Source of the DNA: Klebsiella phage EI
Sequence record: MN106245.1
Length of the DNA: 64,000 nt
Strand: one strand, 5' to 3'
A model generated the notes under the pieces. The model ran no database searches, was not told where the DNA came from, and worked only from the letters and a program-made list of their open reading frames with translations. Both the position numbers and the translations under genes were made by a program. Positions within the stretch are counted from its first letter, which is position 1; each line of letters opens with the position of its first letter. Below, piece after piece: positions 36,936 through 44,696 of this stretch.

Positions 36936-37172
36936 TTATTTAGTATACTCTATAAAAGCTAAAGCAAAATGTGGATCTACCTTAACAATTTTATGAGATA
37001 CCTTGAATCGATACGAATAAGAATCTACACCAATCCCATGACCTGTTTTGCCAGTTACTTTACCAACACGCATTTCACCATCTTGGCCCATACCAGAGGT
37101 TTTTACACCAAATAAGATATAATCGCCTTCAAAAACTGGAACACCATGTCGGTCTTTCATTAATTCTATCAT
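36936..37172 (-). CDS. hypothetical protein
   Basis: 78 aa ORF. Confidence 0.4.
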   Translation of the reverse strand: MIELMKDRHGVPVFEGDYILFGVKTSGMGQDGEMRVGKVTGKTGHGIGVDSYSYRFKVSHKIVKVDPHFALAFIEYTK

Positions 37173-37621
37173 TTCGAAGCCTTAAGCATTTCACGTACTC
37201 GATAAAGATTGCTGCAGAACTCTTGTTCGGTCAGAACAGTTTCGTTCTTTTTAGACCGTCCCATAGAGTGAGTTAACGTAGCGTTCTGTGTGGCCAGGAT
37301 AGCTCTCTTGAATCCTTCATTAGTGGCCAATTGATTATATGCCCTTTCAATAAGAAGCGTATAGGCGTCACTCTGGCGTTGCATAGGGACGCCTTTCCAG
37401 TACAGAGTTTGCGTACGGAACCATTTCTTCTTTTTACCTTTGAACTTAGCTGCTTTACCAACTAAAGTGCAAACGTGTGCAGCCATTTCAGGAGAGCTGA
37501 ACTTCAACGACTGTAAGAAGCCTTCCATTGAAGCACATTTAACGCCGTCTATTTCAAAAGCATGCGGAGCAAAGTTGCTTAAAGCGCAACTAGGGTAACT
37601 TGACCCTGAGCCAATGTCCAT
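37169..37621 (-). CDS. NADAR (YbiA/DUF1768)-family protein
   Basis: SNFAPHAFEIDGVKCASMEGFLQSLKF aligns to YbiA SNFAAWPIKVDGKTWPTSEHYFQAQKF core. Confidence 0.6.
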   Translation of the reverse strand: MDIGSGSSYPSCALSNFAPHAFEIDGVKCASMEGFLQSLKFSSPEMAAHVCTLVGKAAKFKGKKKKWFRTQTLYWKGVPMQRQSDAYTLLIERAYNQLATNEGFKRAILATQNATLTHSMGRSKKNETVLTEQEFCSNLYRVREMLKASK

Positions 37622-37884
37622 TAGATATCCTCTACGTGAATCATGATTGAGCGTCGACGAACAACGCATCCTTTAAGTTCTTCAGCAGCTTCAATTAGTA
37701 CACGGCCCGACGGAAGAATAAGCCCGTCAATTCGCTGTTGGGCCCGTGCTATATCCGTAAAACCATCTGCTTCAAGGAGCCCTGTGAATTCCCATCCTTC
37801 CCAGCATTCGTTATTAACGAATGAAGCATATGAGCCGAATTCTGGATTAAAAATTACGTAATCTTGTTGCATCTGTTGTTCCAA
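37621..37884 (-). CDS. hypothetical protein
   Basis: 87 aa ORF. Confidence 0.35.
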   Translation of the reverse strand: MEQQMQQDYVIFNPEFGSYASFVNNECWEGWEFTGLLEADGFTDIARAQQRIDGLILPSGRVLIEAAEELKGCVVRRRSIMIHVEDI

Positions 37885-38189
37885 ATTTTAGTTAGACCAG
37901 CATGCTCGAAGGCACGCATACAAGAAAGACCGACTTTACCGTGTTCTTCCCACTCGATGATTCTATCATTATCTCTGAAAGCAAGACCTTTGGCTGGTTC
38001 AGCGTAAGGCTTCAATTCTTCAGGAACTTCATCCATAGAATCATAGACCACAGTAACGCCACCTTTACAACCTGCGATACCTACACCGCATTTGCATTCT
38101 AACACACAACAACTATAACTGATATACGTAAAAGGGAATCTTTCGCCACAGAAAGGGCAGGGGAGTAAATCTTCATTTAGAATGGTCAT
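37854..38189 (-). CDS. Lar-like restriction-alleviation zinc-finger protein
   Basis: 111 aa; N-terminal LLPCPFCG motif plus Cys-rich core. Confidence 0.35.
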   Translation of the reverse strand: MTILNEDLLPCPFCGERFPFTYISYSCCVLECKCGVGIAGCKGGVTVVYDSMDEVPEELKPYAEPAKGLAFRDNDRIIEWEEHGKVGLSCMRAFEHAGLTKIWNNRCNKIT

Positions 38190-38211
38190 AATATTTTTCT
38201 CAGTAGTTGAT

Positions 38212-38300
38212 TGGACGGAACGCCTGGACTCGAACCAGGTTATAGAACAATTGGCGTTGCACTACATTTTTATGAGGCCAACAAATCGTTTCCTCAACAG
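38212..38300 (-). tRNA. tRNA-like element with aberrant anticodon arm (possible pseudo-tRNA), CAU-type loop
   Basis: encoded CCA, T-arm CCTGG-TTCGAGT-CCAGG; stem TTGGC...GCCAA encloses CTCATAA plus 14 extra nt; no acceptor partner found. Confidence 0.3.
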
Positions 38301-38359
38301 GCACGTCGCCAAACGTGTCATCCTGGAGAAAAGTCAATGTGTCCTCGAACCGATTAATT

Positions 38360-38436
38360 TGGTGACCCCATCTGGACTTGAACCAGAAACCTACCAGTTA
38401 TGAGCCGGGTGCTCTAACCAATTGAGCTATAGGGCC
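38360..38436 (-). tRNA. tRNA with CAU anticodon (Met or lysidine-Ile)
   Basis: 77 nt, CCA encoded, D-arm GCTCAATTGGTTAGAGC, loop cuCAUaa. Confidence 0.65.
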
Positions 38437-38623
38437 AAAAGCTCTGTGCGATATTCTGCCAGAGCGTCATTATCCGGGTCTAAAGAGTACAAACAAGTAG
38501 GTTATTGTAGAACACAGCGTACTGTGGGAACAGCGCCTTCGGTCCCGGCATTTACTTACGGACCTCTAACTCATCTCTTTAGACTGCCATGTAATTATCT
38601 TTCGTAGGGATACGAATCTCTCA

Positions 38624-38639
38624 AGCTTTCCGGAAAGCT
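38624..38639. repeat. perfect 16-nt palindrome AGCTTTCCGGAAAGCT inside non-coding gap
   Basis: read directly. Confidence 0.6.
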
Positions 38640-38879
38640 GAATAAGAGTTAATGGCTCTCATATACCCGTGCACAGATATAATCTTTGTTAACACATTAA
38701 CTGAATCGCTATACCTCGAAAGATAACTAGTACCTTCCTGCGCCGATTCAAGCTGTGATATACCTGGTTTCAATGAGGGACCTGTATAACAGGGAACGTC
38801 AGTTCGACGACTTGCGAGTGCGCATCCATCTGGGCTAGGCCTCAACAAGGTCATTACCAGTTTGGTCTCGCTTCTTATT

Positions 38880-38962
38880 TGGCGGTTAGTGCAGGTATCG
38901 AACCTGCCTTGTCCTAAGACACGGATTAACAGTCCGTCGCTTCCCCTCTCAGCCAACTAACC
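38880..38962 (-). tRNA. tRNA with GUU anticodon (Asn-type) but class-II-like long variable region
   Basis: 83 nt, CCA encoded, stem ACGGA-cuGUUaa-TCCGT. Confidence 0.5.
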
Positions 38963-38970
38963 TAAATTAC

Positions 38971-39041
38971 TGGGATAACAGGACTCGAACCTGTGCATAC
39001 CGGAATCAAAATCCGGGGCCTTACCAACTTGGCTATATCCC
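38971..39041 (-). tRNA. tRNA-Gln (anticodon UUG), no encoded CCA
   Basis: stem CCGGA-uuUUGau-TCCGG, T-loop TTCGAGT. Confidence 0.65.
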
Positions 39042-39047
39042 ATTTAA

Positions 39048-39125
39048 TGGAGGCGGAGGCAGGACTCGAACCTGCGCGTGTCGGGATATGAGCCCAACAT
39101 TCTGACCATCTGAAGTTACTCCGCA
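39048..39125 (-). tRNA. second tRNA with CAU anticodon (Met or Ile2)
   Basis: CCA encoded, stem TTGGG-cuCAUau-CCCGA. Confidence 0.55.
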
Positions 39126-39332
39126 TCTATTTCAAAAGCTCTCCACCCATCATGAGGGCTTCACTCGAATAATCCAGGAAGGCTGTACACTTCCCACCAA
39201 ATTATCGTGTCAAGAACTTTCTGAATAGAGACCTCACCATGTTTTTAGAGCTTAAGCCACAGGCTTCTCTTGAGGTCATTTTGAGACTGCTGTCTCCATG
39301 TAGTAATAATATCACTTAAAACTTAAAGCATA

Positions 39333-39629
39333 TTACCGGCTGATCATAATATAATCATGTTCAATGCAACCAGCCATCTGTTCATTCTTGAAAATATCAT
39401 ACTCAACTGGAGCATTATCTTCCATAACATAGAAAGTTAAGTTCACACTGTTATAATGATATTTATCATCAACCAGCTGGACCTTTGTGCTCGAACGGCC
39501 GATAGAAATCTTTTTGACTTCATGAAACGATTCAGCACCAAATGGAGCCACAGCAATCAGATTATGAGCCAGTTCAGAATCGTGACTATAGCCGTTATCA
39601 GGATGAGTTACTTTAGCGAATACTTTCAT
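39333..39629 (-). CDS. hypothetical protein
   Basis: 98 aa ORF. Confidence 0.4.
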   Translation of the reverse strand: MKVFAKVTHPDNGYSHDSELAHNLIAVAPFGAESFHEVKKISIGRSSTKVQLVDDKYHYNSVNLTFYVMEDNAPVEYDIFKNEQMAGCIEHDYIMISR

Positions 39630-40006
39630 TAACGATAACCACTCTCTACAATTGTATGAGTATTAAGGTTGGCAATATGCCACCAGTCAAAACGACCATT
39701 AAACTGCTTTTTCATAAGGTCTCGCAGTTCATCGATGTTCTGAGATTTAGCTCGCAGGTCATGGTAACCGCCTGATGGGTAGTAATCAGACCCAGCAAAC
39801 AGGGCAAAGTTATTACCAGTGTTCATAGAACAGCCAGAAGCATCTACCAAGTTACCATACTGGTCTGTGATTTCGATAAACGAATAACTCACATCACGAG
39901 CATATTCTACAGCATCTTGGTATGTTTCAAAAGAACCACACATGATACGACAATTCTGACGAGTATGAGGGTTCGCTTCAAAATCACCGTACAGCTTATA
40001 AGTCAT
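39629..40006 (-). CDS. hypothetical protein with YYPSGG motif
   Basis: 125 aa ORF. Confidence 0.4.
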   Translation of the reverse strand: MTYKLYGDFEANPHTRQNCRIMCGSFETYQDAVEYARDVSYSFIEITDQYGNLVDASGCSMNTGNNFALFAGSDYYPSGGYHDLRAKSQNIDELRDLMKKQFNGRFDWWHIANLNTHTIVESGYR

Positions 40007-40181
40007 TGGTGTACCCGCTTGTTATAGAACAAAATGAAGAACTAATGACTTCATACTTGTCGTTAAAGTCTTTACGTTCACGAGCGGCTTCAATAGCTTC
40101 TTCAATAGAGCCGTAACAATCTACAAAATCACCTGTCCCGCCACAAGGGTAGTACCGAGACCACATGAATAATCCGTACAT
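39996..40181 (-). CDS. hypothetical small protein with YYPCGG motif (paralog of neighbour)
   Basis: 61 aa ORF. Confidence 0.35.
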   Translation of the reverse strand: MYGLFMWSRYYPCGGTGDFVDCYGSIEEAIEAARERKDFNDKYEVISSSFCSITSGYTNDL

Positions 40182-40187
40182 ATTTCC

Positions 40188-40382
40188 TCACTTAGAGATT
40201 TCGTTCATTAGGAAAGCTACAATAATCATTGATAATGCCAGTCCTGCAGATACGGCGTTTTCGGTAGTAGTTAACAGACCCGCCATAAAACCGGCAAACA
40301 TAGAAACCGAAGTGGCTCCAAGAGCTACTGTTACTGCCACATTACGAATGATTTCTGCGCGTTTCATTTTAATCTCCTTCAC
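40188..40382 (-). CDS. small membrane protein
   Basis: 64 aa, two hydrophobic helices. Confidence 0.4.
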   Translation of the reverse strand: MKEIKMKRAEIIRNVAVTVALGATSVSMFAGFMAGLLTTTENAVSAGLALSMIIVAFLMNEISK

Positions 40383-40432
40383 TTTTGTTTTGATAGGGTC
40401 ATCTTATCACGACCCATTACCATTGTAAACAC

Positions 40433-40696
40433 TTACTTTAAATGTTTTTTGATTTCGCTCATTTTAACAGGTTTACCGTTGATACGGAACTCTTTAGCAT
40501 CCCATGATTTAACGTGACTCAACAGAGTTTCTAGGTCTTTTGCTTCACCGAGGTCAACCATAGCGTTTTCATGAGAACCTTTAATATGGACTGCTCGGAA
40601 CAGTTTATGAGTGCCATACTGTGAATCAGTAATGCTCAGTTCTACATGGTTGAAAGCATCTTTAGATTCATTTAAAAATTCTTTGTAAGTTTTCAT
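40433..40696 (-). CDS. internal head protein (ipI position; leader MKTYKEFLNES)
   Basis: 87 aa with CTS; located between tRNAs and 57B as ipI in T4. Confidence 0.65.
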   Translation of the reverse strand: MKTYKEFLNESKDAFNHVELSITDSQYGTHKLFRAVHIKGSHENAMVDLGEAKDLETLLSHVKSWDAKEFRINGKPVKMSEIKKHLK

Positions 40697-40770
40697 TTTG
40701 GTTTCCTGAGTAAGTTGGTATAAGGGTATAGTACCATAACTATTTAATGTTGTAAACTACAAATGCAAAA

Positions 40771-41244
<474 letters not shown>

Positions 41245-41472
41245 TTAGCCTTCTACTTCAGCTTCGACATCAGCAGCCAGAACAACCGACTTAGCTGCTT
41301 CTACGATAGCGGCCAGTTCAAAAGAACCGTCTTCTTTAGCTTTTACAGGCAGAATCTGAACCAGTTCACCCAGAACAGCTTCCAGTTCTTTAATGCGGTC
41401 TTGGGAAGCCTGAGCAACTTCAGACAGGTCGAATACGCGTACTTTCAGTGTGTTAATAATATCTTGACTCAT
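41245..41472 (-). CDS. 57A: tail-fibre assembly chaperone gp57A
   Basis: 75 aa coiled-coil protein upstream of gene 1. Confidence 0.6.
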   Translation of the reverse strand: MSQDIINTLKVRVFDLSEVAQASQDRIKELEAVLGELVQILPVKAKEDGSFELAAIVEAAKSVVLAADVEAEVEG

Positions 41473-42173
41473 TTTAATACCTTATCAATTTTTTTGTAAA
41501 GTTCTTCAATAGAACCGTCGTTTGTTATTACAATATCACCAGGCATAACCGGAAGGCCACGCTCGGTGATGTGAGAATCCGTTTTAGTTTCTTTAGAAGG
41601 GCGAACTACATGGATAATTGTAGCACCCATCGCCCTGGCAAAAGAAATTTCATGTTCTTGACGAACATCTGGAACTATGAAGTAATTATACTTCTCAAAG
41701 TTATCAGCATATTCATCCATACACCATTTAACCCAATACATCTTATCAAAGCAATTGACCACGATATCCGTTCCAAGGGTCTGCATCAGACGTCTAACGG
41801 ACCAATCATCTTCAATAGTATTTATGACGCGTTCAACTTCTCTTTCTACCGAGTTCATAGGTAAGCCGTTGTAGGTAGCGCACAAATACTTCTGTTCAGA
41901 TAACCAACCCATTGCGGCGAGCATAATAGCTAACACACGCTTCTTATCAAGGAACAAATTCTGTTCACGGTCGTAATCAATACCTTCGAGCTGGTCTCGA
42001 GTTAATTTCTGAATGTCTGAATACTGGTATTGTACAACAGAAAACGCGTGATGCAAAGCCTCTTTGATTGGCCAAGCCAATTGGGCCTTAATGGCGTTGT
42101 AGTTATCCATAATATAGTCAGCGGTGGTATCCTTACCACTGCGTTTTTTACCTAAAAGATAAACTTGTTTCAT
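41469..42173 (-). CDS. 1: deoxynucleoside monophosphate kinase gp1
   Basis: 234 aa; LGKKRSGKDTTADYIM P-loop as in T4 gp1. Confidence 0.85.
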   Translation of the reverse strand: MKQVYLLGKKRSGKDTTADYIMDNYNAIKAQLAWPIKEALHHAFSVVQYQYSDIQKLTRDQLEGIDYDREQNLFLDKKRVLAIMLAAMGWLSEQKYLCATYNGLPMNSVEREVERVINTIEDDWSVRRLMQTLGTDIVVNCFDKMYWVKWCMDEYADNFEKYNYFIVPDVRQEHEISFARAMGATIIHVVRPSKETKTDSHITERGLPVMPGDIVITNDGSIEELYKKIDKVLK

Positions 42174-42790
42174 TGCATACTCGGATGACGACCCCTGATT
42201 TGGGCCTGTAATTGAACTTCACGTGCCTCATTAATAGGAGCACGTCCCTCTATAATTACGCCTTTTTGTTCAACTTCGATGTACTTATAGTTCAATGTAG
42301 CAGTGCAATACATGGGAACGTCAGAATCTTCGGCCAGTGAGTATTCGATTTCACTGAGGTCGGAGATCCAAGCTCCTACATATCTGATAGTCAATACTAT
42401 ATCACGTTTATCGTTATCGAGAATATGCATTAAAACCGCATCCGGGAAACCATCTTTGCGGTTCCACCCAGACTTATCTCTATTCAAATAGTTATTGCAG
42501 GCCAGCATCCACTGATAGCACTGAAGCCATGATTCAAGTTTCTCGTCGACTAAAAACCGACATGGAACGGCTTCGAACTCTATTGTGGCAGAACTTAAAG
42601 AAGCCCGATGCATGCCTTGAGGCTGACCAGCAACTTCAGTAACAGGGATGTGAATCCCTGGAACAGCAGCTACTTGAAGATTCAGTTTAAATGCTTTAGT
42701 GAGGTTCCCATCAGGAACCTCTAATAGAAAGTTTGTTGTGTTAGTTTGGTTAAATAACCCACCATTTGAATCGTGCATTATGATTTCCAT
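42170..42790 (-). CDS. 3: tail completion / sheath stabiliser gp3
   Basis: 206 aa, position between gene 1 and gene 2. Confidence 0.6.
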   Translation of the reverse strand: MEIIMHDSNGGLFNQTNTTNFLLEVPDGNLTKAFKLNLQVAAVPGIHIPVTEVAGQPQGMHRASLSSATIEFEAVPCRFLVDEKLESWLQCYQWMLACNNYLNRDKSGWNRKDGFPDAVLMHILDNDKRDIVLTIRYVGAWISDLSEIEYSLAEDSDVPMYCTATLNYKYIEVEQKGVIIEGRAPINEAREVQLQAQIRGRHPSMQ

Positions 42791-43620
42791 ACTGAAGTAG
42801 CAGAATAACGTTTGCCTTTCGACATAAACTGCTGAAGTGGCAACATTACTACATTAGCCCAATCTGCAGGCTTAATCTCTATCATCGGACCTTTTATATG
42901 CCCAGGCAAATAGGATTTAATCATCTGGTCAGCGCCTTTAAAGCCCTTCACTTGACTCCAGTTGATTTTAAGTTTAGTCTTATTGGATATTACAGGAGTG
43001 TTCGCGTATTGCTTCAGGAGTTCTTCTAGGAAAGCCTGGCGAGCTTTAGGAGGTATGTAGTGAAGATTAAGACCGTACATAACCCTAGAACTTCCGTTTT
43101 GACCGAATCCAAGATTAATAATCAATGGATATTTGTCCCAATACGGTAATGTATCTTTATGCTTAGCATCATAGATGTATGCGTATAATTTGCCTGGTTC
43201 AGGCTTAGATACTTGGTGCCCACGAACATTTTTCTTAATGGTATCATTGAACCATCGAGCCGATTTGTTGTTAACAGCGGCTCCTTCATTCTTTATTTTT
43301 TCACGAAGAGAACTACGGAAACTGTTAATCATAATTAACTGACGTTCAGCTTTAGTCAGTTTATTTTGTGGTTTCTTTTCTAACTTTTCGACCTTTACGG
43401 CCGTTTTGATACGTGATTGGTATCGTGACATGGCTTTAGTGAACGAAGCATAGTTGAATCCACGTTCTTCAGCGAATTCTTTAGCTGTGATTCCTTTGGC
43501 CTTTGCTTTAGCGTATTCAACACCAATCTTAACCCATTGCTGCTCTGATTTACTTGGTGCACGATTAAGCGCCGGAGCAGCTTCACCCAAGAATTCGATT
43601 ATAGCCATTAGCCTTTCCAT
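42778..43620 (-). CDS. 2: DNA end protector gp2
   Basis: 280 aa, basic, synteny. Confidence 0.65.
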   Translation of the reverse strand: MERLMAIIEFLGEAAPALNRAPSKSEQQWVKIGVEYAKAKAKGITAKEFAEERGFNYASFTKAMSRYQSRIKTAVKVEKLEKKPQNKLTKAERQLIMINSFRSSLREKIKNEGAAVNNKSARWFNDTIKKNVRGHQVSKPEPGKLYAYIYDAKHKDTLPYWDKYPLIINLGFGQNGSSRVMYGLNLHYIPPKARQAFLEELLKQYANTPVISNKTKLKINWSQVKGFKGADQMIKSYLPGHIKGPMIEIKPADWANVVMLPLQQFMSKGKRYSATSVWKS

Positions 43621-44057
43621 CCAAGTTTCTTGAGGGAATGCTCAGTAATTAGTCTAAATTGTATACCCATTTTGTCAGCAGTTGCTTGAGCTGCTTTCCA
43701 TTTATCCTGATTCACCGAATAAGTATACACTTCATTTATGTAGCGTTTCTTAGCCGCTGTAGTAAGCTTGACAGGTTTAGGCGGAGGAACAGTTTCTTTG
43801 GCAGGTTTCACTTCAAAAAAGAACTGTTGCCCATCTTTAAATCTAACCCAAAAGTCCATGAAGTAGCGTCGTTTCTTTCCTTCAGCATTGCAAAAATACG
43901 GAATTACAACTTCTTCACTATTCCACTGAACAACCTCAGGATGACGGTCAAGCCATCTCATTAGATACTGCTCCCATGAGGAACGGTACGTAATTTTTCT
44001 TACGTCTCCTTTGTACTTAGAGATATTCTCTGGCATAAATTTGCCGCTGTAGGCCAT
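43608..44057 (-). CDS. 4: head completion protein gp4
   Basis: 149 aa, synteny (T4 gp4 150 aa). Confidence 0.65.
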   Translation of the reverse strand: MAYSGKFMPENISKYKGDVRKITYRSSWEQYLMRWLDRHPEVVQWNSEEVVIPYFCNAEGKKRRYFMDFWVRFKDGQQFFFEVKPAKETVPPPKPVKLTTAAKKRYINEVYTYSVNQDKWKAAQATADKMGIQFRLITEHSLKKLGWKG

Positions 44058-44070
44058 AATGAAGCCTCCT

Positions 44071-44078
44071 TATAAATA
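44071..44078 (+). promoter_or_regulatory. late promoter TATAAATA for gene 53
   Basis: exact T4 late consensus 31 nt upstream of ATG. Confidence 0.7.
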
Positions 44079-44088
44079 CATATATCAA

Positions 44089-44096
44089 TATTTATA
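44089..44096 (-). promoter_or_regulatory. divergent late promoter (TATAAATA on minus strand) for gene 4
   Basis: plus-strand TATTTATA, about 32 nt upstream of gp4 start. Confidence 0.6.
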
Positions 44097-44108
44097 AAAG
44101 GATACACT

Positions 44109-44696
44109 ATGCTCTTTTCGTTTTTCAACCCAATTGAGTACCAAGCTAAAACGACTGGCAGCAAGAAGATAATCCCGACAGCTAATATCTATCGTGATTA
44201 CCAAGAATATTTTGACCGTGTAGCGGTTAACTACTTGCTTCAGAACTATTACATTCAAGGTGCTCCACGTCCAGAAGAACTGTCTTATGAACTGTACGGT
44301 AACACGCAGTTCTATTGGATTCTCTTAATGTGTAACGGAATCTATGACCCTTATCATGGATGGATTAAATCACAGGATGCTTGTTACCAAGCAGCTGAGC
44401 AGAAATACTCTAAAGTTGGTGGGAACCAGATCTTGTATCATGTTGATGCCGGCGGGAACAGATATTATAACGTAGAGCAGGTTCCTCCTAATTCAGGCAT
44501 CTGGTGGGCTAAAGGCGAGAACGATTATACTAAAGATTCTCACATCCAATACCGCGGCGCGTTAGCTCCAGTCGATGTCTATGAAGATGCTATACTAGAA
44601 AATGAAAAACTTCGGCAGATCAAAATCGTTAACCCTGTTGATATCGAATCTTTTTTATCTGATATAGTTCGTGAAATGGAAAAGGCCCCAGAATGA
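44109..44696 (+). CDS. 53: baseplate wedge protein gp53
   Basis: 195 aa, synteny. Confidence 0.75.
   Translation: MLFSFFNPIEYQAKTTGSKKIIPTANIYRDYQEYFDRVAVNYLLQNYYIQGAPRPEELSYELYGNTQFYWILLMCNGIYDPYHGWIKSQDACYQAAEQKYSKVGGNQILYHVDAGGNRYYNVEQVPPNSGIWWAKGENDYTKDSHIQYRGALAPVDVYEDAILENEKLRQIKIVNPVDIESFLSDIVREMEKAPE

Noticed and set aside
38621-38956. 111-aa minus-strand ORF in the tRNA region
   Set aside because: It overlaps two hand-folded tRNA genes and a hairpin-rich non-coding stretch. It has no Shine-Dalgarno sequence.
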